In this document: positions 18,498-28,208 of the stretch, in pieces
Layout of the letters: every line of letters starts with the position of its first letter
How positions within the stretch are numbered: position 1 is the first letter of the stretch
Source: Microcoleus sp.
Lineage (GTDB): Bacteria > Cyanobacteriota > Cyanobacteriia > Cyanobacteriales > Microcoleaceae
Assembly (NCBI GenBank): GCA_042408215.1
Contig: JAYFMW010000017.1
Coordinates: 192,001 to 256,000, forward strand
Length of the DNA stretch: 64,000 bases
Reading direction: 5' to 3'
Program-made: the position numbers and the translations under genes
Notes under the pieces: generated by a model
What the model saw: the letters and a program-made list of their open reading frames with translations, nothing else
Told to the model about the DNA's origin: nothing
Databases searched by the model: none

Positions 18498-21065
18498 TTA
18501 AAAGGGAGTTGCTGTAGAATCTTCTGGGACAAAAGTCTCTCTGGCGATGGATTGAATGGTGGACAGGGGTACTTGACAGAAATATTTGCGCCGGAATTGT
18601 TCTTCTGAGACTGCTGCTAGGAATTTTGCTGCGGAGTGGGCGAGTTGCGGGGAATTTGAAGTTAAAAATTGGGTGGACTGGTTGTCTAATAAGGGTTTGG
18701 AGATTTTCTTTCCGCTGTTTTGGGTTTCGGGTTGTCTGGTGATGTGGAAAGCTCGATCGCGATAATTGACTTTGAAACCAAGATGGGTTAAGGTTTTTAA
18801 TCCCAGTTGTAGGGATGTGTCGCTGATTCCGAGTTTTTGGCCCAGTTGCTGTCTGGTGACGGGTTTGCTGGTGCGGCTGAGGTATTTGGCGATGCCGATT
18901 AGCTGTTCCCAAATTTGCAGTGGGGGTACGGGTGGGGGTAATGTGTAGGCGATCGCCAGTTGTTGTTGATTTTGCTGTGCTTGTCTAAACCAGATCCGCA
19001 GTTCATCCCAGCTTGTGGGGCATTCTTGGAGGACGAGGGAGTTTTCGCGATCGCATATTTCTGAATTGTCAATTAGATTTTCAACTGGCATTTGAGATAC
19101 TAAGTTTTTGCTGGCTGCTAATAACTCTTCATCGTTATTTCTATTGCGCCAGTCTACAATCCAATCTATTTGATGGGTCTGGTTGATTGGGTTTTCGACC
19201 TTGCGGGAACGCACTGCTATCAGCCGCACTTCATATTTTTTTTCGTAAGTATTGAAATCGAGTTCCACTACAGCGTCACACGGACCTTGAGGAACCTCAT
19301 CTTGATAATGTCCCCACCAAATCCCGCGAAATCCCCGATCGCTAGATTCATCCCAAATTGTAAATTGTGTTTTGATATATTCTATTTTTTGTCCTTTCAA
19401 ATCTTTGATTTTTTGATTCCAAACATTCTCAAACCAGCAGTTTTCAATTAGTAATTTTGGTGCGGGATTGCCCATACCGCAGGGTTCGAGTAATTTTAAT
19501 TCTTGAAATAACTCTTTTCCTAATTCAGAGACTCTAATTGTGAGGTCTGCTTGAACGGGGGGGGCTGTTAAAGTGTCAGTGCTGTATTTCTGTCGCAGTT
19601 GCTGATTTACGGCATCGGTAAATAGGGGGATATTTTCAATTGGGAGACTCAAGCCGGCTGCGAAGGGATGACCGCCGAATCTGTCTAATAAATGTGCTTG
19701 GTCTTTGACTAATTGGTAAAGGTCGATTTGATTGGCTGAACGGGCAGAACCACGGGCGATTTTAGATTTTGGATTTTGGATTTTCGATTGGGTATCTGTT
19801 GGTAATTCTGGGTTTAAGGAGGATAAAAATTGCGTTTCCGGGGGATTTTCGTTAATTTCTGCTGTTCCTTCTGTGCTGAATAAAATTACGGGGCGGCCGT
19901 ATTCTTGGGCGATTTGTCCTGCTACTAATCCTAATACTCCTACGGCCCATTGGGGGTCAGCTAGGACGATCGCACTGGTGGTGGATAGGTCGAGTTTGGC
20001 TAATTTTTCGGCGGCATCTTTGGCAACATCTTTTTGTAAAGATTTGCGACGAGTGTTGGCAATTTCGGTTAAAAGTGCTAGTTCTTCGCAGCGTTTTTTG
20101 TCGCGGCTGGTGAGGAGTTCTACGCAGAAGCTGGCGTCGCCTTGAATACGGCTGACGGCGTTGATTCTGGGGCCGAGTCCGAAGGAAATGTCCGTGGGGC
20201 GATCGCCATTTTTATTGCACAGTTCGAGCAATTTTGCAACTCCCGGACGAGTGGGATTTTTTATTTGTTTTTGTAGTTGTTCTATTCCCAGTTGTGCTAG
20301 GTAGCGACAGTCTCCTGTGAGTTGGACTAAATCGGCGATTAATCCGATCGCCACTAATTCCAATAAGTCTTGTAAAGGACGCTGGGGAATATCTGGCAAA
20401 GTCTGATATAATGCTTCGATTAATTTGTAGGCTACGGCGACACCGGATAGGTGAAAGAGTTGATGATTTGAGGGAAAGTATCGGGGATTGATGATGGCTG
20501 TTGCCGGAGGGCGATCGTCCGGCAGGGTATGATGGTCAGTGATAATTATATCTATGTTTAAACTGGTAGCATATTTGATTTCGGCGATGTTTGTACTGCC
20601 GGTATCGCAGGTGATAATTAGGCTAATTCCAGATTTTGCTAACTTATCTATTCCTGGGATATTGAGTCCATGAGATTCAGTTAAACGGTTGGGAATATAA
20701 TAAGTTAGTCGGTCATTTTGAGGAAAAAACTCTCCCAATCCATCCCACAAAACTGAGGTTGAGGTGATACCGTCAGCATCGAAGTCTCCCCAAATTACGA
20801 CTTGTTCGCTATTGTTTCGTGCTTGCTGAATTCGGTCTATTGCCCAGTTCATTTCTTGCCCAAATTCCCAGGGAGTTGCTGGTTGGTAAAGTTTGGGATT
20901 TAAGAATCCGGGTATTTGTTCTGGGTTTTGAATTCCTCTATCCCAAAGGAGTGCGGCGGCATAATTTCCAGGGAGTTCTGGTGCGTGTTTGTTGACAGCT
21001 TGGATTAGCCAAGCTGGAGGTTGGGGTAAGGGTTGAGTTTGCCAGTTTTGAGATTGTTCTGTCAT
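18498..21065 (-). CDS. recJ: ssDNA-specific exonuclease RecJ
   Basis: GDFDADG, ITCDTG, TDHH, GPRINAVSR, RGSARS, FGGHPFAAG. Confidence 0.95.
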   Translation of the reverse strand: MTEQSQNWQTQPLPQPPAWLIQAVNKHAPELPGNYAAALLWDRGIQNPEQIPGFLNPKLYQPATPWEFGQEMNWAIDRIQQARNNSEQVVIWGDFDADGITSTSVLWDGLGEFFPQNDRLTYYIPNRLTESHGLNIPGIDKLAKSGISLIITCDTGSTNIAEIKYATSLNIDIIITDHHTLPDDRPPATAIINPRYFPSNHQLFHLSGVAVAYKLIEALYQTLPDIPQRPLQDLLELVAIGLIADLVQLTGDCRYLAQLGIEQLQKQIKNPTRPGVAKLLELCNKNGDRPTDISFGLGPRINAVSRIQGDASFCVELLTSRDKKRCEELALLTEIANTRRKSLQKDVAKDAAEKLAKLDLSTTSAIVLADPQWAVGVLGLVAGQIAQEYGRPVILFSTEGTAEINENPPETQFLSSLNPELPTDTQSKIQNPKSKIARGSARSANQIDLYQLVKDQAHLLDRFGGHPFAAGLSLPIENIPLFTDAVNQQLRQKYSTDTLTAPPVQADLTIRVSELGKELFQELKLLEPCGMGNPAPKLLIENCWFENVWNQKIKDLKGQKIEYIKTQFTIWDESSDRGFRGIWWGHYQDEVPQGPCDAVVELDFNTYEKKYEVRLIAVRSRKVENPINQTHQIDWIVDWRNRNNDEELLAASKNLVSQMPVENLIDNSEICDRENSLVLQECPTSWDELRIWFRQAQQNQQQLAIAYTLPPPVPPLQIWEQLIGIAKYLSRTSKPVTRQQLGQKLGISDTSLQLGLKTLTHLGFKVNYRDRAFHITRQPETQNSGKKISKPLLDNQSTQFLTSNSPQLAHSAAKFLAAVSEEQFRRKYFCQVPLSTIQSIARETFVPEDSTATPF

Positions 21066-21095
21066 CGTACCAGTCTGCTGTCTAACGATTAAGGA

Positions 21096-21250
21096 TCGAT
21101 CCCCCCTTAGCTTGCCCCCTACTCCCCCTTAATAAGGGGGGGACAAGATTCCGATCAAAGTCCCCCTTCTTAAGGGGGATTTAGGGGGATCTAGACTATG
21201 GTAAAAGCGATATTTGTCAAGGGTTTTAGGCTTAAGTTGTCACCAATGGG
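21096..21250. repeat. Palindromic cccccctt..aaggggg repeat; inverted copy at 23748-23911, partial copy near 52992-53074
   Basis: Shared aagtcccccttcttaagggggatttagggggatctagact and aggcttaagttg-caccaatggg. Confidence 0.75.
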
Positions 21251-21292
21251 CAGAGCCTAGTAACGAGTAAAATTTGGGGACTTATTTATATG

Positions 21293-22108
21293 TTAAATAA
21301 ATATTTCATCAATTATAGCAATATTTGGCAGCCAATCTGTGGGATTTTCTACAGCAATATTTGCTGAGGAAGCTTTGGTATCTTGGGTGCGGTTGCAACG
21401 AGTGGCGAATTGACAGGTGTCGCAAAGATTGGAACTAATGTCTACTTGGGGTAATAATTCGCCTTTGTCGCCGTAGCCCTGTCGCCAGTCGGTTAGCTGG
21501 TGCAAGAGGTTGGTTAAATCTTGTTTTGTGCGATCGTGCTCTATTTGATTATAAGTAAATGTGAGGCTTTGTGGCGGTTCTTCTCCTTGCAATTGGACAA
21601 ACCAATATGTCATAGAAACTTGTTCCGGCGAATAGTCGCTGGTTTCTACTAACACATATAAATAGAGGCGTGTTTGCCAACTTTGGGCGATAGGTTTTGA
21701 TTTTTGAGGGCGGGGATAGGTTTTCCAGTCGAGAATTTGAGCTTGGTTGGGTTCTGCTATTAGCAAATCGTAGATGACGGTGAATAGGTAGTCTTGAAAA
21801 GTTAGGGTGCGGGGATGTTCCGCTTGGCGGAAGGTTTTGTCGTCCTTTTCTGACGGGGCAAAAAGTTCGGGGGCGCTGTTGACAAATGCGACGAGACAGC
21901 GTTGGATTTCGGTGTCGGGTTCGGTGATGAATGCGATCGGCAATCCGAGTTCTCGCTGCTGCATTAATAGGTGAAATCGGCTACCCCATTCGAGTTTTTC
22001 TTTGTGTTCTGGAGAGGTGTGGGAGGCGAGGAGTTCTAGGTAGCTGTACTGGAATTTGCGGGGGCATTCTTCGAGGATTTTGAGTTGGGTTTGGGAGAGT
22101 CGGAACAT
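21293..22108 (-). CDS. PD-(D/E)XK nuclease family protein (RecB/AddB-like, 4 Cys)
   Basis: ECPRKF, YDLL, ILDWKT, WQTRLYLY, CDTCQFATRC. Confidence 0.85.
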   Translation of the reverse strand: MFRLSQTQLKILEECPRKFQYSYLELLASHTSPEHKEKLEWGSRFHLLMQQRELGLPIAFITEPDTEIQRCLVAFVNSAPELFAPSEKDDKTFRQAEHPRTLTFQDYLFTVIYDLLIAEPNQAQILDWKTYPRPQKSKPIAQSWQTRLYLYVLVETSDYSPEQVSMTYWFVQLQGEEPPQSLTFTYNQIEHDRTKQDLTNLLHQLTDWRQGYGDKGELLPQVDISSNLCDTCQFATRCNRTQDTKASSANIAVENPTDWLPNIAIIDEIFI

Positions 22109-22219
22109 TGTTTTTGTGTTAGGTTGTTGATGTTTTGGTAAGGTTTTGTTATACCAAATATGAAAAATTTATAATAGTTTCTGTCTCCAAACTATCTCTT
22201 GTTCTGAGATGGATTGAAT

Positions 22220-22528
22220 TCAATTATCAACATCGGTGAACAGGGCTGACAAATCTCGATAACCACTGACAACTCGAAATATTTCTACATCCTGTCCGAT
22301 CGGCATATAGAGTATAAGATAGTTATCCATCGGGAGACTGCGTAGACATGGCAAAATCTCGTCTCGTTGTCGTCCAAGGTTGGGAAACTGAGCAATTTTA
22401 GCCAATTTTGCTTCGAGCTTGCTTAAAAAGCGATCGGCTTTATCGAGTCCAGATTGACTAGCGATGTAATCTGCAATTTGCTCAATGTCTTGAATTGCGG
22501 GTTCAGTGAGGCGAAATTGTGGAGTCAT
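22220..22528 (-). CDS. parE: RelE/ParE family toxin
   Basis: AIQDIEQIADYIA, FPNLGRQR, YLILY, RVVSGYRD. Confidence 0.9.
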   Translation of the reverse strand: MTPQFRLTEPAIQDIEQIADYIASQSGLDKADRFLSKLEAKLAKIAQFPNLGRQRDEILPCLRSLPMDNYLILYMPIGQDVEIFRVVSGYRDLSALFTDVDN

Positions 22529-22794
22529 GGTTCTAATGAAGTGTAGCGCGATCGCAGGTTGGCTCGAATTTCTGCCATTGCAGTTACACCGTCTACGACT
22601 TCGCCGCGTTGGGATGCTTGCTCACCAATTAGTGCATCTCGTTGGAGTTCTTGCAGTCGTCCTTGATAAATGTCTTCCTGTTGTTCGAGTAGTTGAATGG
22701 CTGCGAGGATGACTTCGATCGCACTTTTGTATTTGCCAGTCGTGAGTTGACGCTGCACGAGGGCTTCGACTTCAGGTGACAAAACAATTTGCAT
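22525..22794 (-). CDS. parD: ParD-like antitoxin
   Basis: QLTTGKYKSAIEVI, GEVVDG; 4-nt overlap with the toxin. Confidence 0.88.
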   Translation of the reverse strand: MQIVLSPEVEALVQRQLTTGKYKSAIEVILAAIQLLEQQEDIYQGRLQELQRDALIGEQASQRGEVVDGVTAMAEIRANLRSRYTSLEP

Positions 22795-23032
22795 GGCGTT
22801 TGAGAGGAAAAGTGTTAATTCTATTGTAGGCGATTCACGCTCGGCATAGCTCCGCTCGCGCGTACTTCAGTTAGATTTTTTGGATGAACGAATCGCACCC
22901 CTACACTGACTATTATATAATTATCAATACCATTAACGGCGAAGCCAATGCGTTTTGATACCTACATCCAGTCAATTCAGAACAATCTCCAGCGGGGAAG
23001 CGAGCGCACCGATCTATTCAAATCAACGCTAA

Positions 23033-23338
23033 TTAATCTTCCCCTAACTCTGAAAACAATAACTCCAAGTCTCGATCGCCCCGCAGCACGCGAGCAATAT
23101 CAATCCCGTCCGATCTGGGGTAGTAAAAAATTAAATAATCCCTAACAATAAATCCGCGCAAGTTGGGGGATAACCTCTCATAGCGTTTGCCCATATTGGG
23201 AAATTCGGCGACAAGTTTACATTTTTGACGAATTGCATCAAAAAGCTCGCTGGCCGCCCTGGAACTATTGCCAGCAATGTACTCGCAAATATCATTCAAA
23301 TCTCGGACAGCTTGATCTGAAAATGTATAACTGTTCAT
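23033..23338 (-). CDS. parE: RelE/ParE family toxin
   Basis: AVRDLNDICEYIA, FPNMGK, YLIFY, RVLRGDRD. Confidence 0.9.
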   Translation of the reverse strand: MNSYTFSDQAVRDLNDICEYIAGNSSRAASELFDAIRQKCKLVAEFPNMGKRYERLSPNLRGFIVRDYLIFYYPRSDGIDIARVLRGDRDLELLFSELGED

Positions 23339-23589
23339 GCCCCTGACTTTTCTATGCGATCGATCTTTTCTTGAATTTTGGCAAACACAAGTTCTCCATC
23401 TGTCACTTGTCCCTGAGCAATTTGTGCAGTTCCAACGGCTATTTTCTGGCGGAGTTCTTCGATGCGTTGTTTCCGTTCTCTTAAAAGTGCGATCGCTTCT
23501 CCAATTATTTCTTCAGCGCTGCCATATTTTCCGCTTTGAATTTGCGATCGAATAAACTCTTCGTATTCCGGCTTTAAGACAATATTCAT
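23335..23589 (-). CDS. parD: ParD-like antitoxin
   Basis: QIQSGKYGSAEEII, GQVTDG; 4-nt overlap with the toxin; AGGAG RBS. Confidence 0.88.
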   Translation of the reverse strand: MNIVLKPEYEEFIRSQIQSGKYGSAEEIIGEAIALLRERKQRIEELRQKIAVGTAQIAQGQVTDGELVFAKIQEKIDRIEKSGA

Positions 23590-24212
23590 TGACTTGCTCC
23601 TTTAAATCACAGAAACGTTACTGCACGATCGTGACATCTTTTTTAAATTAGCTTAGACCTTGTAGGGTGCCACGGGTCGTAGGCGTAAGCCGGGGCGAAG
23701 CCATCGCCCCAAAGGCTAAGGTAAACCCTGTGGGCCGTGGCACCCTACCCATTGGTGTCAACTTAAGCCTGAAACCCTTGGTATCTCTCGCTTTTACCTA
23801 AGTCTAGATCCCCCTAAATCCCCCTTAAGAAGGGGGACTTTGATCGAACTCTTATCCCCCCCGAATGTAGGGGCGGTGCCCCCGTGCCCGCCCTCGGTTA
23901 GGGGGGATCGAATTCTATGCAGCTTCATAAAAAATTGGTATAACAATAAATTGGATTTTAGGTTATTTCCCAACCTATGCTAAGCTGTTCGGCATTTAAA
24001 CTCCTCCGCGTAGGGTGCGTCAGTATTATGAGGTTTTCCGTTTCAACTTTGCTAATTGTTACAACCCGCAAATAGCGGGGCAGATACTACAAAAAACTAC
24101 GAAGAACGAGCCGGAAACCGATGATAGCGAGTGCCAGGTATCGGAAACGTAGAACAGGCATGGCTTCGTGATTTTATTGCCTGTAATAAATCTTTATGAA
24201 ATCCTGAAACGC

Positions 24213-25574
24213 TTAGATGTTACACTTTACAAGTCTCGACGCGAGAGAAGAAGAAACACCAAACCCCTTCCCCATCATCAATAGACACATCTCCAACCCA
24301 AACTGATAATAAAAAACCCCACACGGGAGGTGAGCTTCTGGTGCTTTCTCTGAAAAAGTGATCTCTTTGTAGTACAGCCCTGAGTTATTTTTTCTCCAAC
24401 CTACCTTGTCGCTAAACGCTTCCCATACTTTTTCATCATATTCCCTAGTTCCCCCCAAACTTTGATAGATGCGCTTCTGCACGCTAAAGCCGAAGCGCCC
24501 ATTGCTGTATTGTACCCAAAGTTGGTCAATGGTACGCAAGTCCTCGCAGGGAAAATTATCAATACTTTCTAATTCTGAATTCAGCCATCCTTCTTCTTCC
24601 CTACCCGCCACCTTCAACATCACTCTCGCCGTTTCCTCATCGGCTTCTTTCCATTTTTTAGCCGCCAATAAATTCCGCAAGTTTGTATAATCCATTCCCA
24701 CGGCTGAAATCAATTGTATCTCAGGAGGCGCTGGTTTTGGCTCAGGGGACGGTGCTAATGCTGTCAATACTTGTTCTGCTGTCCATCTTTTTGATCGCTC
24801 TTTTTCCAAGCATCCTCTGACTATCGCCGTGAAGGGTTCTGGTATTTTTGACCAGTCTATTTCTGGCTGTTCTTCCATAATCTTTTTCATTAATTCTTGG
24901 TCTGTGTTTCCTGTGAATGGTAGAGTTCCTGTCAGGATTTCTGCTGTCATGATTCCCAGTGACCACATATCCCATCCTGTTCCTACTACTCCCTGATAGG
25001 ATTCTGGGGGAACATAGGATGGTGTACCTTTTATATCTTGGGTTCTCAGCGAGTTGGTGCCGATTTCTCGCAGCAGTCCCAAGTCGGATACTTTCCATTT
25101 ATCCGCTGCGTATAGCAGGTTGGCTGGTTTGATGTCTCTGTGGACTTTTCGCGGATCTGAATTGTGTAGGTAATTTAATACTGCTGCTGTGTCTCGGACT
25201 ATTTTTTGTACTTCTGTTATGGAGAGTTTTCCGGTTTTTAGTTTTTTTTCTAGGGTGATTGTGGCGATTTCCATGACTATGAATAAATATTCGTCTTCTT
25301 TGACTTCGCAGCAGCCTACTGTGTAGCTACGGATGATGTTTTCGTGTAACAGGTTGGCTGCTGCTCTTATTTCGTTTAGTTGTTTTTTGGCTTTGGTTTC
25401 ATCTTCTTCTAAGGCGATTAGTTTGATTGCTACTTCCCTGATGAAATCGTCTTTGATTACTTCATCTGCTTTGTATACGGCTCCATATCCTCCACATCCT
25501 AGGTATTCTTCCAGGTAGTATTGTTTGTTGACTGTTTCGCCTTGTAGTCTTCTCCAGTGTCTTTCTGGGTACAT
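24213..25574 (-). CDS. Ser/Thr kinase fused to a C-terminal GUN4-like domain
   Basis: LGCGGYG, VAIK, HRDIKPAN; GUN4 LLAAKKWKEADEET, TIDQLW..SNGRFGFSVQ, VGWR, HLP. Confidence 0.92.
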   Translation of the reverse strand: MYPERHWRRLQGETVNKQYYLEEYLGCGGYGAVYKADEVIKDDFIREVAIKLIALEEDETKAKKQLNEIRAAANLLHENIIRSYTVGCCEVKEDEYLFIVMEIATITLEKKLKTGKLSITEVQKIVRDTAAVLNYLHNSDPRKVHRDIKPANLLYAADKWKVSDLGLLREIGTNSLRTQDIKGTPSYVPPESYQGVVGTGWDMWSLGIMTAEILTGTLPFTGNTDQELMKKIMEEQPEIDWSKIPEPFTAIVRGCLEKERSKRWTAEQVLTALAPSPEPKPAPPEIQLISAVGMDYTNLRNLLAAKKWKEADEETARVMLKVAGREEEGWLNSELESIDNFPCEDLRTIDQLWVQYSNGRFGFSVQKRIYQSLGGTREYDEKVWEAFSDKVGWRKNNSGLYYKEITFSEKAPEAHLPCGVFYYQFGLEMCLLMMGKGFGVSSSLASRLVKCNI

Positions 25575-25701
25575 GATTTTTAGTTGGTGGTTGGTGGTTG
25601 GTGATTATTGTATTATACGCCAGATTGATTGTAGGGATAGGGCAGTTTCCGTTGGTGTTTAGACTAAGCTTTTAGTCCGCCGTTCCGCGAGGGAATGAAT
25701 T

Positions 25702-25832
25702 ATATAGCAATCCTAAATCATTTGTGTAATTTTTGTAGGGGCAATCCCCTCGTGAAGAGCCCCGCTTATGCTGGGGTAGGCACGGGGGCACTACCCCTAC
25801 AAATCCTCATGAATGATTTAGGATTGCTATAT
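25702..25832. mobile_element. MITE-like element with perfect 21-bp terminal inverted repeats enclosing a GTAGGGGC..CCCCTAC REP-like palindrome
   Basis: atatagcaatcctaaatcatt (25702-25722) / aatgatttaggattgctatat (25812-25832). Confidence 0.8.
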
Positions 25833-25854
25833 GTCTAAATCAAGTATCATTAAC

Positions 25855-26439
25855 TCACTCTTTTGTCAAGACAAAAACACTCCCTTCATTCCCGCGTCCA
25901 ATCCGCAAATCGCTATCCAAATAAGTAATATCCAGCCATCCCTGCTGTTCCCGCGCATCCAGCCCGAAATCGACAGCAGTGAACTTTTTCCCTGACTCAA
26001 TCTCATTAATAAACTTAACCGGAGATTCATAGCCAATCAAACTGCGTAAACCTAAAATTGACCGCTCAAATTTTACCTGCACTCGACGTTCTGAAGTTGC
26101 TTCAAATTTTGCCGCTACGCTAACTATTCCTTCCAAATAAGGCAAGCCATAAAGCTCGGCAATGTTATAAATTTTAGATTCTTCAACTCGGATACATTGA
26201 TAAATTTGACCCAGTTTTAACAGTGGAAAACCGTCTAGATTCAGTAGTGCGCGGCTGGTGGTGTATAATAACCGCCAATCACCATTTAAAAGCTCTGGGG
26301 CTTCGACAGGGCGAGGCGTGGGGTTGTAATCTTCCAATTGGGCGATCGCACTTAAAATCGCTTGTTTGTCGCTAGCCGTCGCCAGCAAACCGCGATTTTT
26401 ACCGGCAATTATCTCTAAGAGTCCAGATTTTCCAATCAT
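25855..26439 (-). CDS. PAP/fibrillin family protein
   Basis: NRGLLA, LEDYNPTP, LNGDWRLLYT, ITYLDSDLRIGRG. Confidence 0.93.
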   Translation of the reverse strand: MIGKSGLLEIIAGKNRGLLATASDKQAILSAIAQLEDYNPTPRPVEAPELLNGDWRLLYTTSRALLNLDGFPLLKLGQIYQCIRVEESKIYNIAELYGLPYLEGIVSVAAKFEATSERRVQVKFERSILGLRSLIGYESPVKFINEIESGKKFTAVDFGLDAREQQGWLDITYLDSDLRIGRGNEGSVFVLTKE

Positions 26440-26473
26440 AGTTTTGTTGACTGTTGACTGCGTACAATACTAT

Positions 26474-26534
26474 GACTAATGACTAATGACTAATGACTAA
26501 TGACTAATGACTAATGACTAATGACTAATGACTA
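26474..26534. repeat. Heptamer tandem repeat (GACTAAT)
   Basis: About 8 units. Confidence 0.95.
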
Positions 26535-28208
26535 AGAACTAATAACTAAGATATCAAACTTCACCAAATAGAGCAGAGTTCGATACAGGTATGCTAATTC
26601 TCGATCGTTTTTGGCATAGAGTCTGATAACTTCCCCGACGCTGACAGCACCTTCTTGCTTAATTGTATCCAATATCTCCATCTGAATGCTAACAGACATT
26701 CTCCTGTCTTGACCAAAATTGGTAAACCAAATGGTTTGTAACTGCTTCAAAAGTTCCGGTGTGGCTATTACCCCCAGACTCAACATCATATCATTGCTTA
26801 AAGTTCTAGTCGAATAATGGCTTAATACCCGAAACGGATCGTCACCCAGGGGATAAGGTGGCATTCCCGCTTTCACAGGTGCTGATTCCGGTGCAGCAAG
26901 GCGAATTTCTGCTAATTCCCGCCACAACTTTTCGTAAGCCGCAATTACCACTTTCCAATCATAAATCTCTCTCACTCTTAGTCTGGCATTTTCGCCCATC
27001 CGCTTTCTCAATTCACTGTCTGTAATTAATTGGCACAAAGCGCGAGTGCAAGCATCAATATCAACTGCTGTGGCTAGGGAAGTGTGGCCCATGTAAGTCG
27101 GCCAATTCAAACTACCGTCGAGATAATTTATGGCTAAATCTAAACAAGATTCCGGCGGCGGGATGAGTGTGGGAATTCTGAAACCATCTATTTCGTGGCG
27201 GACTGATTCTTTGTATCCATTCCAATCGGAGACAATGGCCGGCAATCCATTCGCCATCGCTTCAATTGGCGTGAGTCCAAAGGTTTCTTGAATGTTGTCT
27301 GAAAGCGAAATGAAAATATCGGCAGCAGACCAAATATTTACTCTAATTTCTGGCTTTCTCCCGTCTAAAAAAATAGTATTTACTGAGGGACAAAATACTT
27401 TGGCGCTGTTTTTAAAGTCTGGTTCTTCTCTCGGATCTTCGATCCAACCGGCTTGGATTAAGTGAATTTTAGTCTTGGTTTGTTGGGCTGCGCGTTCCAG
27501 GGCGATGTACATTGGTAGGGGATGAGCTTTGGCGGAAAAAGTCAATCTCCCGACAAATAACACGACTATATCGTCGGGAGAAATGTCGAGTTCTTGCCGC
27601 TGTTGGCGGCGACTATTAAGTGCATCCAAACCCTGCGGAAACGCGCTGCAATCCACTCCTAGCGGAATAATTGGCAATTTGACCAAAATTTCAGATTGAC
27701 CGCCTGTACGCTCAGCTAGATACTCAGACCACGCAGTCATAACTCGTTCTACTGTTGTTTTCACGGCGGCAGATGTGCAAATCAGGGCGTCCCAAGGCTG
27801 CACCGGTGCGGTTACTAAGTTACCGATCGATTCCATGACATACTTGGTAGCGATCGTGTGGGTAACGCCACAAATGCTGTAGGCCCGCTGATTGACAAAT
27901 CTACGCCCCCAAACCAGATCTGCAAGGGCGGGATCGGGTCGATAAATTGTACCAGGTTGAGATAGCAAATCGGGTCGATCTTTCTTAATCCACCGGACTT
28001 TCCGAGGTTGAGAAAGCCAGGGTTGGATGCGGGAACAAAACTCTTGAAATGTTGCTTCGCTGTCGGCGCAACAGTAGAGGTAGTCAGCACTTCCGTGTTG
28101 GACTAAGCTTTTGAGAAATCCTTCTCCGGCTGAATGACGCCCCAGAAGCCTTTGGCCGCCAGTGTCGTAGCCGTCTTTGCTGTATAAAACCGCCGCTGTT
28201 GTGTCCAT
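26532..28208 (-). CDS. Glycosyltransferase family 4
   Basis: IPLGVD, LFVGRL, ETFGLTPIEAMANG; ATG 28208 preferred. Confidence 0.9.
   Translation of the reverse strand: MDTTAAVLYSKDGYDTGGQRLLGRHSAGEGFLKSLVQHGSADYLYCCADSEATFQEFCSRIQPWLSQPRKVRWIKKDRPDLLSQPGTIYRPDPALADLVWGRRFVNQRAYSICGVTHTIATKYVMESIGNLVTAPVQPWDALICTSAAVKTTVERVMTAWSEYLAERTGGQSEILVKLPIIPLGVDCSAFPQGLDALNSRRQQRQELDISPDDIVVLFVGRLTFSAKAHPLPMYIALERAAQQTKTKIHLIQAGWIEDPREEPDFKNSAKVFCPSVNTIFLDGRKPEIRVNIWSAADIFISLSDNIQETFGLTPIEAMANGLPAIVSDWNGYKESVRHEIDGFRIPTLIPPPESCLDLAINYLDGSLNWPTYMGHTSLATAVDIDACTRALCQLITDSELRKRMGENARLRVREIYDWKVVIAAYEKLWRELAEIRLAAPESAPVKAGMPPYPLGDDPFRVLSHYSTRTLSNDMMLSLGVIATPELLKQLQTIWFTNFGQDRRMSVSIQMEILDTIKQEGAVSVGEVIRLYAKNDRELAYLYRTLLYLVKFDILVISS

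Noticed and set aside
21293..22108. cas4
   Set aside because: It has the four-Cys PD-(D/E)XK pattern but no cas1/cas2 or array; better called a standalone RecB-like nuclease.
24213..24329. Classical DGR variable region
   Set aside because: No template repeat or RT is seen in the window, the domain is not C-type lectin, and the composition is not explained by A-to-N changes alone. A remote DGR cannot be excluded.
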